Numbered from the stretch's first letter, positions 36,604 through 49,600 are shown. The stretch is 64,000 nt of DNA from Marsupella aquatica (GCA_973895155.1 OZ316892.1:26249233-26313232); one strand, 5' to 3'. Notes: generated from the letters alone by a model not told the origin. Numbers and translations are program-made.

Positions 36604-36924
36604 AATCTTTTCAAGTGCAGAAAATGGAACAACAATCGACGCCAATCTGACAACGATCCATCCAATGCGATCACACACGTATGTCAAGCCCAACGCACCT
36701 TGTGCTTCAAGGAATCCACGTTACATAAGAGAGCTCTCAGCCACCATAGCTAAGCTCTCCACTTCAGGCTCAACATCGAAAGCTAACCCTTTTGATGCCT
36801 CACAAGAGAGAACTACTCTCTTACACAAACCTAACAGAACCTTATCGGCTCATATAGCACACATACTAAACATACGGATTTAGATAGTACGATACACTCT
36901 AACACTACCTAGAATGGTGTGACA
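36604..36924 (-). repeat. 5' terminal repeat (block B only)
   Basis: 321-bp copy of 27281-27601; begins TGTCACACC on the minus strand. Confidence 0.92.
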
Positions 36925-39900
36925 CCTTTGTTCTTCTATAAGTTATTATAGAGTGAGTTTCTGCCTTACAAAGACCAAATTGGGTCACTTGTCACTGTAG
37001 CCATTTCAACCACGAACCATGCTCAGAATCACAGTAACCGAGCGTTGTCAAGCCGCAACCATTCCCGGGCCACAAACTGAACCGGAGGCGTTGAATGTTT
37101 GTGCCGCTTATACATCGACATTAGGGTTATTCTCATGCGAAGACATTGACATGAATGTCTTCGCTTCATAAACATCATTCTGCATTTTTTTATATCCTCC
37201 CATTCTGTTTTCTTGTCCATGCTCGAACGGTGACGACTTCTCAGCGGCTTTTCACGAGGCACATGGTTCACATGTACAATTGATCGAAGTGAGGTTTAAG
37301 GATCATGGGAGGATATCAAAAAATACCCTGAACCCTAAATACCCCTTCATATGGAGAGTTTCAATCTATAATTTAATTGGTAATGTCCGATCATATTTCA
37401 GTCATGGTTGGTATGAATGCACTGTTTGGGAAGACATTGTGGACATTATCTTCCCACCACACTTAGCATTGTCTTCTCACCTAAATTCAATTTGCAATTA
37501 GTGATAGATACTGGTCCCCTATTAACATTTCATTGGCTGGTTTTGTAATGTAGACCTGGTTATTATTTACTCTTGGGTTGTTCCCCTTTCATGTGATTGT
37601 CTTACTACTTTATAGCCCTGGTTTTTGCTGAGTGCATTCATATCAACCATGACTGAATCAAGATCGGACATTACCAATTAAATTATAGAAACTCTCCATA
37701 TGAAGGGGTATTTAGGGTTTTTGATATCCTGCCATTCCTTAAACCTCACTTCAGTTGTACATGTGAACCATGCCCGTCGTGAAAAGCCGCTGAGAAGTCA
37801 TCACTGTTCGAATGTGGACAAGAAAAACAGAATGGGAGGATATCAAAAAAATGCAGAATGATGTTTGTAAAGTGAAGACATTCATGTCAATGTCTAAGCA
37901 TGAGAATAACCCTAATGTTGATGTATAAGCAACGCAAACATTCAACGCCTACAGTTCAGTTTGGGGCCCGGGAACGGTTGCGGCTTGACAACGCTCGGTC
38001 ACTGTGATTAGCATAGTTTGTGGTTGAAATGGCTACAGTGACAAGTGACCCAATTTGGTCTTTATAAGGCAGAAACTCACTCTATAATAACTTATAGAAG
38101 AACAAAGGGTACGGATCATAAAGAGGGGGTCGATTGGGGCAAAAATGTTTGCAGGGGTTGATCAAGCAAACTATCTCCAGGAGGGGGTCTATTAAGCATA
38201 TCCCTCAAATTTTATGGGCAGAAGATTATGCAAATAGCAAACCTTTTAGACACTGATAACCTTTATCCATACAGCATTTGCATATTGTATAATGCAAGCA
38301 AATAGAAAATTTTAATAGCAAGGACAGCATGGTTAGCCAGTCACGAGTGGATCAAAATGTCTTTTGATTTTTGATTACTTTTTTACTTCTAATGCATTTC
38401 TAAGACTCCATATGGCTAGCTAGCCAGGTAGGTAAACGAGGAGTCTCAAATTTGGATTTTACTAACCTGGTTTTGGCTAGCTAGGGGCTAAATTGGGGTT
38501 CTGTTGTTCAAAACAATAGATTTTATTGTGCTTACTCACACCCTACAGTTACCCACCTTGGCATTTTTTGTCTACTTCTCACTTCGGATTAGAGCATCTT
38601 TACGGGTTTGGTGGCCACGCCTCCCCAAGTCATAGAGATGGAGGTGCCTGTGGCTAGAATTGTATTGTATTTGTCATCATTGGAAGTCTACTACCCACCC
38701 AAACCACCCGCCCAAGCTGACCTCCGTCCTGAACTCATGTGCTCGTACTTTCAGAGGTGGTTGATTGTCTTGGGGTTTCTCCTTGGAACTGGAAACTAAG
38801 TTGGAAACTAGAAAGCCTTGGCATGTTTGGTGTGCTAATAACTTGGGTAAGGATCTTTAGCACTTTGCCACCCAAAAGTTTCTCCCCTCATCTTTCACCC
38901 AGCTTTTGCAATATCTTCTTAACCACCCAAGTCATGCAATTTGTTCAACTATGCTCCCTTCTTCTGTCTCCCCCATCTTTCACATCAACAATACAGAGTG
39001 CGTGTTACATATATAACACTGCCAAAGAACTCACATGCTTAGAGTAATTGTTTTCATGAAGAAGCTATCCAAGTACACTCATCATAGCACTCAGTGAAAA
39101 ATCCGTTAGAGCTACCATACCACCCTTTCATGATGGTGTTTGGCTTGTGATGGCCCGAGGGTGATTATAAGCCAGAACACACATGTGACAGGTGTTAGTA
39201 GACTTAAAATCACTGAGGAGATTTACCAGATATACCCTTATTATTCACATTGCCTTCCTCATGCAACGACGTTTTCACCTGAGATAGTTATGTTTTCATT
39301 CTTGATTGTAGTAATAGCCCTCATGTCTTAATGTTTCTGCCATGTAAAACATGCGCAATAATATACAAAAAAAGAAAGTGGAAGTGATTTAAGTTCAAGG
39401 TAGTTTAAATTGCATGACCCTGGGTAGTACACATCTAGGGTGAACGAATTTTTGTTCCCTGAAAAACATTCATTTTGGGGTCAGAGAAGTATGCACTTGT
39501 GCACGAGGGACACAACCTTTATCCAAAGAACTCCATTCACACAAGAATTGGCACCCACTTCCATTGCTACTGTCTTTCACCCAAAATAAGGCCTAGGACA
39601 GTTTTGGACTTTTTTGACAGAACAGTCCCTTATGCTCAAGCACACTGCCCTTTCTATTAGAGAGCTCAGTTTGTATTCCAATGTGGGTAATAGGGTTTGA
39701 AAAAGTGAGTGAGAAAAAGTCATAAAACACTAAGTAAATTAAAACAAGACATCTCATAAGGGTTCACGAGGCAGTTTCTGGTTGGTCAAAATCAGTTTGG
39801 AAAGATTTTTCCAATGAGACTAATATAGTCAAATTTCATTGAGGATTGCAAGACCTACAATTTTACAAAGATGCCACTCCGGGGCCAGACTGCTGACCTT

Positions 39901-41479
39901 CTCTGTGGGTACCTCCCATTGCCCTGCTTGGTAACAATGCCATTAGCTCCCTGAGATTACACATGATTCTTGAGTTACTTTCTGTCGTTCCCAGGAGCCC
40001 ATGTTTGAAGGCACTGTTGGCTTGTTGTGGAGATGGCACTCTCGGACCACCCTCACCAGAGTGCCCTCAAGTTGGAAGCCGCCCAACCTCTCGTAACACT
40101 TCCATGCTTGGGCCTTGAGTAAACACTTCTAGGTACCTACTACTACGAAGCCAGGCTAGTTTCCCTACCTGTGGCACAATATACATTGAACCCATCTGAT
40201 ACAGATAAGTGCAGAACCATTTCATAAATTGCTTTAGATCAAAGCTGCCCGCAAAGCAGGAACATGGGCTGGAGCAAAACCCATTGCAGGAGGCCCACTG
40301 AGCTTGAGACCAATTAGTTACAAGACACATTCTGATTACCTTAACCCTATATGATGCTCTTCAGAATGGGTTTAATGAGTTGTGAGTGTGGGAGAAATGT
40401 GACACACAACCTAGACTTCAACAAGCAAGCATGCACATTGACATGGAGACATGTGTGATTCATCTCCAATGAGGCAGCATCCACGGGAACACACAAAAGA
40501 TTTCTCAGGTACAAGTTGTCGAGGTAATTACTGAATAAACCGGTTTGATAATGTGATTGAAACCGGTTACAAACGGTGAGGAGAGCATTTACAGGTCAGT
40601 GTTACCCGAGTCAGTAAATATTCTGAGCAAGTCCATCCAAGCTTTGCAAGTCCATCGTGGCTTCATAAACAAAGTGGAGGTCCATCCTGGCTTTAGTTTA
40701 CACCTATTTGACTCCATATTGCTAAGTAAAACTCTTTAGTTTACATCTGTTTGACTCCATATTGCTAACTAAGTACAAACTTTCATTCAAAGGTGAAAAA
40801 AGAGAAATAAAGGCAAAAGAATAGTTCGCTCTTTGCTGAACACACGGCTGGCTCACCCTGGTGAAAAAAAAAACCTTAGGTCAATTGGCTAGGGGATTTG
40901 CCTGGAACTGAGGGGTGTGGGTATATGTGTGTGGGTGGGATGGCTTTTGTGAGTAGTGGATTGGAGTTATGATTATCTGCTCGGCCCCTGGTCATCCACT
41001 TTGTGACCCCGATTTAATACTCTCTCCTTCCTGGTGCGGGTCCTTGTAGGGGTTAGGGCTCACCCTGGTTTGGGTTCCCTACAGAAAAATTGTCACATTG
41101 GGATTGGGGGAGTCTAATTGTATTTCCTCCCCATTTCCGTTCAAGACAAAAAAGAGAAAAAAATGAAATGTGTAATCGAAAGTAAAGCACTTGTCACTAG
41201 AAACATTTTACGTCCTCTACAATCCATCCCGCCCGCAATCCACACTGCAACGAGCGCTCCTCCGCGCCACAACCTCTGCACGCATTCTCGTTGTTGATTT
41301 TGATTGTGATTGTGCGGTGAATGTGTGCACAGGTAGACGCATTGCTCAAGCTTGTGATGTACCACAGTCGAAGTGCACGTAGTGTTGTTGGCCATCACTG
41401 GTTGTCAGTCGACTCTGATCTCTGATCGCTCGAAGCGCGATCTTGCCACATTTCGAGCTTCGCTGCGGTATATATCTGT

Positions 41480-42170
41480 TTCGTATTTCTTTTGCATCTT
41501 GCTGAATTGTCCGTCCTTGATTATTACTTTGCGCGGTGTGCAGCTCGTCCTCTGTTTCTCACCTATTTGAGCATCTCTCCGGTATGTTTCTCTTGCATCT
41601 TGATGAATTGTCCATCCTTGGTCATTCTATTTGAGCAGTGTGCATTTTCTCCTCTGTTATCACCTGTTCGAGAATCTGTCGGGGATCGTTTTCTCATGTT
41701 TTTCTTGCATTTTGATGAATTGCTCACCTGTTCGAGAATATGTCGGGGATCATTTCTCATGTTTCTCTTTCATCTTTGAGAATTGTTCTCACTTTATCAT
41801 TCTATTGTGTGGTGTGCATTTTCTCCTCTGTTAACATCTTTTCGAGCAATTCTGCGGTGTCTTTTCTTCATGTTTCTCTTGCATCATGATGAATTGTCCA
41901 CCCTTAGATCATAATTCTGTTGCGCGGTGTGCATTTTCTCCTCTGGTATCACCATTTCAAGCACTTCTCCGGTATCTTCACTTCATGTTTTCCTAGCATC
42001 TTGATGAATTTTGCATTCTTTACTATTCTATTGAGTTGTGTGCATTTTCCTCTGTTCTCTTCTGTTTGAGTAGCTCCCGGGTATCTTTTCTTCATGTTTC
42101 TCTTGCTTCTTCATGAATTTTCCATCCATTATTTAGATTATGGTGTTCATTTTCTCTCCTGTGGTAATCC
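41480..42170 (+). repeat. Pyrimidine-rich degenerate tandem repeat upstream of the methyltransferase gene (probably within a 5'-UTR intron)
   Basis: Recurrent CATGTTTCTCTTGCATCTTGATGAATTG...GTGTGCATTTTCTCCTCTG. An acceptor-like TTCTCCCAG at 43214 precedes the ATG at 43225. Confidence 0.65.
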
Positions 42171-43224
42171 TGCTTTACGCTCGAAGCGCGCACCCAATCT
42201 TAGATTGGTCTTTCCTCTTGATTAAGCTCTCTGTTGAAGTAATTGTGAGTGATTGATTGATCGAGTGTTTGATCATTCAGTTGCCTGAGTTTTTAATTCT
42301 GTCAATACTGCTCTTGAGTACCTTGAGTTATTCTCGGAATACTCGATGTAGTGTCAGCTATCTCAGCCAAGTCCTTGCTTGTGTTATAATGAGTAATTGA
42401 GAGTGTATTAAGCTTTTCTCCGAACCTTTCTTGCATTGCTGTGGTAAGCGCTAGCTCTAGTATGACTGCTTGAGTTACGCCTCGAGGGGTTTTGTCGTGC
42501 TTGATATGACCATGGGTCACGTAATTTTTTCCGACTAATTTAGCGTCGTGAGTCGAGCCTACTTTCCACCTAGTAGTCCGTGGTGTAAAATGCCCCTAAG
42601 CTTTGTGGCAGAGAATTTTGGACCTTCGTCATGACGGATTGGTTTGATATGATCTTTCCAGCAGCACTCCTGTTATCTACTTATTACTGGAAGGTATGGA
42701 CAGTGCAAGTGCGTTGAAGCTTACCTTGCGTACAATTGTTCCATCTGGGTGCAGTGGAGGTTCGGTCTGCGGTAGAACGAATTAGGGCAGAGCTAGACCA
42801 CGTAAAGAAGCGAGACCGATTTTTCGTTTTGCTGCGGTGAGATTTTACTTCGCATTGGTCTATTCAATTGGTTGTGCTGATTGGTATACGTTTGCTTCTG
42901 CGAGCAATTGGATTATTTGTTACAATCGTTTTTATTTTGTTTCCGTAGTCGGTATGGTTACGAGGGCAGCGAGAGCGGACAAGAGCACAGTGCTTCCTCA
43001 TTGATTTATTTTTTCACTACATGTGAGGAATCTCGGTACCCACCAGTTGCCAATGACACACCTGGGTAGGACAGATAGAGAGTGCCGGGCAGGGAGTCTG
43101 ATGAGACCAAAGTACGAGTGCACATGTCGATTTGTCGATTAAGAGGTGACGGACAGGATTGAGATACGCAATTCAATGTTTCAAGGACCAAGTTTTCCAC
43201 TTTGCTTCTCCCAGGGTGGCTACG

Positions 43225-46200
43225 ATGGCATCTCTTGCCCTTCAAGCAGCAGCTTCATTCACAAAAGCATCCATACAGCATCCGGCTCTGCTCTCAGATG
43301 GCCGCCAACCCTGTTCTTCTTCGACATTACGCGGACGAGCTCTGCCACTGCGGCTGGTCAAGGGAGGATGTAAGGGGTGGAGGAAGAGTCGGAACTCGTC
43401 TGTCAGCGCTGGTGAATATCGCTTGGTTGTTCGCGGGAGCACTGCTTTAGTTGGCCCAATATCGGTAAGGATGCTTGCCATCCAAATTTTCATCTTGTAT
43501 GTTTAACACTGTGGTAACATCACTTTAGGCTTTCAGTTCACTTACGCATGACTTCCACGTTTATCTTCGCGTTTAAGAGGATTCTTTTCACTTAAATCTG
43601 ATCACAAAGTGAAGCCCCTTCCATTACCCAAGCCCTCAGCTTAATCGTCTGTGTACCAGTGGGAAAGGTGCCTCTTTTTGTCCCAGCTCCTTCTACTTGG
43701 ACTAGAGGGATTGCACCTTGTATCGGTACGCACTGCAGGATCGATTATCTGGTACCCACTGCAGGATCGATTATCTGGTACCCACAAATCCGAGTTTTCG
43801 ATAAGCAAGAATACCCAAGAAGAAGAGGCTTGACCTTAAGAACACTCATTCATTTTTTTCTGACCAACAATGACGTTTGCTTTACATGGTCTTACCTTAA
43901 CTGTTGGCTTTTGAATCTCGTCTCGAACACATGAACTCCAGGACGCAGTCATCGACGTAAATGTGGAGGAAGAGGGGGATAAAGTACAGCAAGTGAATGA
44001 AGAGCTGCTGGCTTGTCCTGTATGCTTCCGGCCACTTTCGCGAACGGGAATCACTGGACTTAACCAGTAAGACCGGTCGTCTTGTTTTGTGTGATGCAAC
44101 GGAAAAGTGATGACTGCTTTGAAGCTCCCAGATCTGGGCTGCGTCTGTTGCTTTTGAGTACCTCCGTGATTGATAGACTGTGTTTCTCGCTTCTGCATTT
44201 GCATTGATGAATGAGCTGTCCGGAAGACGGTCTAATGAGTATTTGGCGATCAGTGGATGATTATAGACGCGTCCCATTGGATTGCAGTGTCTTGAATGTG
44301 AAATCCCATTGTTCACATTAGTCCTTGGATGAGCTTGTCTTGTGCAGAAGTTTAATGGGAAAGTATTCTTAGAGATGTACATTGTCTGTTTGTCAAAATC
44401 AGGATTTAAACATCTTATTTGTCATAATGTCTCCATATCACTGTTACGAGAGATATGCACCCTGAGGGGTTAAAACTTTAGTGTAATGTATTACGTCATT
44501 TCCATTATGTCCGGACCACTCTGATTTGTAAGTGTTTTATTTGAGGCTCTGAGTTTACTGGGTTTATTTCTCTTCTTGAGAGAAGTGTTGTTGATTGATG
44601 TTTGCAGACGAGCTATCTCGAGATCAGGGTTTAAGTGCCTGACTTGTAAGAAAGCATACTCTAGCAGATATGATTACCTGGATTTGACAGTCACAGGTAG
44701 TGCAAAGGTGTATTCGGAGACCAAAGCAGCTGGAACTGAATTGTTCAGGTACGATTTCTTCATCCATGTCTTGCTTTGGGGCAGGCCCGAAATATTTCAT
44801 GCCGGTCTAACCTGAAACATGAGATTGTCTTAACGTGATTAGTGTCTAAGTGTGGGAGCTTGTATTTGGAAAGATGCGAACACTTCGGTCATCTCGTTTT
44901 GAAATCGAGTACATATTCTTCTCTGGACATGCTACGGACTCTTGATGTGATGTAGTTTCTCGTTTTCGTGTTCAAGGTTGACAAGGTTTTACAATAGAGG
45001 GGATCAATTTGTCTAGGCTCATATGGGCTCCCCTCATGTCGTCATTTTACTGACCGCTGTGCAATTATGAAAATAGGAGCCCTCTGGTTTCTTTCGCATA
45101 TGAACGAGGATGGCGACAAAATTTTCAGACATCTGGGTTTCCTGGTCCGGAGGAGGAGGTAATTTTATAGGGCTTGTTTCGAACACCAGTTGTTTGGCAA
45201 AATTCTGCAATCACCCTTTGGCTATTCTGTGGTCATGAGTCCTGCGGACTATTCATGATCTTATTTTCTTTAGTTTAGTTGCATCCAACAAGCTAGACTC
45301 GAGCAAGACTGAATTGACGATTTGAGTTTTGTTCAGGTAAAGTTGGCCCAAGAATTCTTGAAACCCACATATGGAGGTGTTTTGCTGGATGTAAGCTGTG
45401 GTAGCGGACTTTTCACCCGGAGATTCGCCAATTTGGATTTATTTGCCGCTGTCATAGCCATTGACTTTTCAGAAAACATGCTACGGCAGACCTTTGAATA
45501 TATCAAACAGGATGATTCACTTCTGAAAAAGTAAGATTCGAATCAGTCTGCCCTTGACAAGCTTCCCACATGTCAACGTGATGCGCTTCTGCCAATTATA
45601 TCCCTATGTGTGACCAACTTAGTCTCCCTCACTTCGGGTCTTTGCAAACTTGGTTGAAGGAAAGGAGAAAGTTTGTTTGCTGTTCGTAACCAAAATTTTG
45701 TGATAATTGTGCAGGACAATAGGTTTGGTTAGAGCAGATGTTGCAAGGCTGCCCTTTGCAACTGAATCTGTTGATGCGGTACATGCAGGTGCCGCTTTGC
45801 ACTGCTGGCCCTCTCCTGCTGCTGGGGTGAGTGATGATTCTATCTTCCTCAATGAGAGTGATAATAGAACCTTTCAATTCTGCATCGGAAAGTTTACATC
45901 TCATTTCTTAGTATACCAGTTAAGAGAACCTGTTTTCACGATTTTGCACAGTATGAAACTAGTTTTCAGGAAAGGGAGAGCTTTCTATAAGCCAAGGTGC
46001 ATTAATGTAGTCACTTTCGCAAGCGTTCCTGGTTTTGCAATCAGTGGACTGATCTGATTGTGCAGTGCGGTACAATGTACGGCTCTTTACTCTAATGAAT
46101 ACTGAAGCAGCCTCACTGTTGTCCCTTGCAGATGGCAGAAATTAGTCGCATCCTACGCCCTGGTGGTGTCTTTGTAGGGACTACTTTCATAAATCCAGAG

Positions 46201-46634
46201 TCACAAGACACATACAGTATTCTAAGACGGATTGTGCGCGAGGTGACTACCTATATTTCTATTTGTCTATCTGAGTGTCTTAGTCAGTTAGTCCTGTCCA
46301 TCCATGTATTTATACCCATAAGGCTACTGACAGACTAACTTCCGAGTCCAGTTTTGCTGTTGAAAGTATTCCTCGGCCTTGCGTGCGTAGGGAAAATGTA
46401 CAAACTTCAAAATTTTGTTGTTGTCCTTCTTAATCATCCACATTTTGTTGACACTATTCTCGTTGGTCAACGTCGTTCGTGCAGGTTTTCAATCAAAGCA
46501 GCCAACAATCATCTAGTCTTCGGCTCTGGCGGGAGGCTGAGCTGGAGGATCTCATGAAAATATCTGGGCTAGTGAAGTATCAATGTATTAAGCGTCGAGG
46601 CTTCATTATGCTCAGTGCCCAAAAACCAGAGTGA
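43225..46634 (+). CDS. Plastid-targeted class I SAM-dependent methyltransferase (Methyltransf_11, At2g41040-like)
   Basis: Transit-peptide-like N-terminus; LACPVC...FKCLTC; TELFRSPLVSFAYERGWRQNF; LLDVSCGSGLFTRRF; DAVHAGAALHCWPSP. Exons 43225-43464, 43942-44066, 44608-44748, 45077-45158, 45337-45530, 45715-45826, 46132-46242, 46485-46634 (TGA), all GT-AG and in phase. Confidence 0.92.
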
Positions 46635-48049
46635 AATGGAGATTGTTTGATTGTTGATAGACTTACATACGGTGTAGAGATAAAGGTAGTTGCATTTACC
46701 ACGAATGGGACTAGAGATGATGAAATTAATTAACTCATGTGCTTAGCCGTTCACCGTGCACGTTGTGAATAACGGTGAGGAAATTGGCGCAGTACGACGC
46801 CCCCGTCTTGGACATGATCCTCGCAGGCACAGTATGGGGAATTGGGGGGAATAGTCTTGGGGCCCCATATAGCTTTCTGCGTAACAGCTTTAGACTTTGA
46901 ACTTTTCCCAGATGTTTTATAAAACACGATTTCATTTTGCGTATCAATGGCGGTGAGCTTGCTGCCCGTTCATGCGAATTAGAGCATGTTTTGGGACTGA
47001 TATTGTATTTTGCTTGGGAGTAGAAATGAGTAATTCTCATCATTGATGAATGAGCTCCTTCAGAATGTGCAACAGTTTGCAAGTCACATGAATGTGCACG
47101 ACCACTAAATCATCGGCATACCTTTGGTGACAGTGAATCTTGATTTGCAAGTGTTTGTCTGGTGGAGCTTAACGAACTTACCCCACGAGCCTGGAAGCAC
47201 AAGCATCTAGAAGGTATGGAGAAAACAACAGTTGAGCAGCTTACATTCTCGTTCAGTGCGTGGCGATAACTCAAATCTCCTCTTTCTCATAGATGGCTTT
47301 AATCTCCAGCAGCCGTCTCTAGACAGATAATGCGCAGAAGCTCTACTAGGACAAAGTTGCTACAATGGCATATACTATGAACAGAATGCAGAGCGCTCGA
47401 GAAATAAGGAAAGATCTCACGCAAATCACTCACCCTATGGTGGCCTTGAAGAGTGGGCGCTGGGGATTTGAGCGCCAGGCAAGTGTAGCTCATTGGAGGT
47501 GCCCTAACAGATGGCCTTTTTGCAAGAAATTATCGATGAGTGAAACAGAGAAAGAACTGATTGCAACGAAGGTATGGAAGATACGGTTGATTGGAACAGA
47601 GGTTTCGCTGGATGGAAAATGCGAAGGAAAGGAGCACGCTTCTCAGGCTGATTCAATCTTCCCCAATCATAAGCTGACAGGCTGGGTAACTAAATAGACG
47701 ATTGGCTCACACATTGGTTGACCAATTTGGTTAATCTACGTTGCCAGACTGATGGACCTAATGGAATGATGAGTATATGACAGACAGTGGATGACATCGA
47801 AAAACCAACACATTAAAACCGTAGATGGGGAAAGCGAAAGAGAGGTAGTAATCATCACGCTGTCCAGCGCAATTAGTCAAACTCTGCTGAGCGAGAATTG
47901 ATATCCACATTGGATTGAGAATATGTGACGGATACTGGACGGACATGAAGAAACCAATCAGCACTGTCGAACGAGAGTATGTGACGAATCTCGAGGAAAC
48001 CAATCAGCAATTTATTAAATCAGGACAACCATACAGACACAGAAGACAA

Positions 48050-48640
48050 CGTCGGAATCGCAAAACCCATCATGCTGAGCACCACACCAAATCCGACTCC
48101 GCGAATCGATGTTGAACAGTCAAATGTGAGTTCAAGACCAAGACTCCATCGAATAGGTCAGACGAAGAATTATCTTTCTGGTTGGTTGATTGGTTCGCCT
48201 CCTCCCACATCGAGACACCAATCAGCAACGTGTTGAATCTGGCAATCTTCATAGAGATACAGGAGACACAACATGGGAATCGTAAAACTCACCATTCTGA
48301 GCACAGCACTAAATCCGACTCCGCAAATCGATGTTCAATTTTCAAAAGTGGGCTAAATACGAAGACTCAAATTTTCAAAACCAAAAATAAAACCAAACTG
48401 GTTTGGTTTTATTTGGATCCACGCATATGGGTATCGATTTGTCGCACAGTGAGCGATCGATTAGCTGAGAGTGTTCGAATCTAACTCAATCTGGCAACCT
48501 TCATAGAGATACAGCACACAACGTTTGGATCGTAAAACTCACCATTCCGAGCACCACACTCAATCCGACTCCGCCAACCGATGTTCGATTGTTATATGCG
48601 GGCTAGATACAAAGACTCCATCTTCAAAACTAGGAATCTA
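48050..48640. repeat. Degenerate ~225-250-bp repeat, 3 copies
   Basis: ATCGTAAAACTCACCATTCTGAGCACCACAC...AATCCGACTCCGC.AATCGATGTT at ~48057, 48279 and 48529. Confidence 0.7.
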
Positions 48641-49380
48641 CTTCCTGGTTTGGTTTATCGGGGTCCACACGAATTGGTGTCGATGGTGTCAATTCTTCGT
48701 GTAGCGAGAGATCGATTAGCTGGGAACACAATTTCCCTAGTTGGTTTGGTTGGGTCTTCCTGATGGGGGAGGAGACCTGGTATCGATGGTGTCAATTCTT
48801 GGTGTAACGAGAGATCGATTAGCTGGGAAAAGTATTTTCCACGTTGGTTTCGTTAGGTCTCCCGATGGGGGAGGAGGGCTGATATCGATGGTGTCAATTC
48901 TTCGTGTAGCGAGAGAGATCGATTAGCTGGGAACGCTATTTTCCTCGTTGGTTTCGTTGGGTCTCCCCGATGAGAGAGGAGACCTGGTATCGATGATGTC
49001 AATTCTTCATGTAGCGAGAGATCGATTAGCTGGGAACACTATTTTCGTAGTTGGTTTCGTTGGGGAGGGGACTTGGTATCCACGGTGTCAATTCTTCGTG
49101 TATCGAGAGATCGATTAGCTGGTGAAACTGTTTCCCTGGTTGGATTGGTTGGGTCTCCCCGATGGGAGAGGACTGGTATCGATGGTGTCAATTCTTCGTG
49201 TAGGGAGAGATTGATTACCTGGGAAAACTATTTTCCTGGTTGGTTTCGTTGGATCTCCCCGATGCGAGAGGACTGGGAGAGGACTGGCATCGATGGTGTC
49301 AATTCTTCGTGTAGGACAGATCGATTTGCTGGGAAAACTATTTTCCTGGTTGGATTGATTGGGTCTCCCCGATGGGGAGG
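48640..49380. repeat. ~100-110-bp tandem repeat, ~7 copies, abutting the U2 3' end
   Basis: Unit TGGTATCGATGGTGTCAATTCTTCGTGTAGCGAGAGATCGATTAGCTGGGAA...TTGGTTTCGTTGGGTCTCCCCGATGGG. Confidence 0.9.
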
Positions 49381-49575
49381 AGGGCTGCGCCTGCTTCGGA
49401 AGTAGTGCAATACCGAAGCGACACTGGCGGTCCCGGTGCAGCAAGCTACACCATTGGGAAGGCACCCGAGAGAAATTAGATTAATATCGTGAGAGTCGAT
49501 GACTCTCGTATCAGATATTAAACTGATAAGAACAGATACTACACTTGATCTTAGCCAAAAGGCCGAGAAAGGTAT
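49380..49575 (-). ncRNA. U2: U2 spliceosomal snRNA
   Basis: Minus strand ATACCTTTCTCGGCCTTTTGGCTAAGATCAAGTGTAGTATCTGTTCTTATCAGTTTAATATCTGATACG (includes the branch-point recognition GTAGTA) and loop IV ATTGCACTAC. The 3' end is approximate. Confidence 0.96.
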
Positions 49576-49600
49576 GCCTTAGTGTCGTTCGAGACGAGAC

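Larger units (their letters stand above)
27160..36924 (-). mobile_element. Ty3/Gypsy-type retrotransposon (degenerate) with split/permuted LTRs, encoding Gag-PR-C5 DNA methyltransferase-RT-RNaseH-IN-PHD
   Basis: Termini TGTC...GACA. 4-bp TSD CCTT (27156-27159 / 36925-36928), confirmed by the uninterrupted opposite MULE TIR (GTACCCTTTGTTC). Gypsy domain order RT-RH-IN. Repeat blocks: A 27160-27280 = A' 27604-27741, and B 27281-27601 = B' 36604-36924. Confidence 0.95.
27057..38206. mobile_element. Non-autonomous foldback Mutator-like (MULE) DNA transposon, ~1.38 kb when empty, interrupted by the retrotransposon
   Basis: The left TIR (27057-27159 plus 36929-~37423) is the reverse complement of the right TIR (~37631-38206), about 600 bp each, with termini GAGGGATATGC.../...GCATATCCCTC. 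A perfect 10-bp TSD AAATTTTATG lies at 27047-27056 and 38207-38216. The ~207-bp interior is non-coding. Long TIRs with a 9-11-bp TSD are characteristic of MULEs. Confidence 0.88.

Noticed and set aside
27160-36924. DIRS/PAT/Ngaro tyrosine-recombinase element
   Set aside because: Despite the split direct repeats, it encodes an aspartic protease and an HHCC-DDE integrase, has TG...CA ends and a TSD, and shows no tyrosine recombinase motifs.
38600-40750. Short ORFs possibly from a decayed transposase
   Set aside because: No recognisable motif in any frame.
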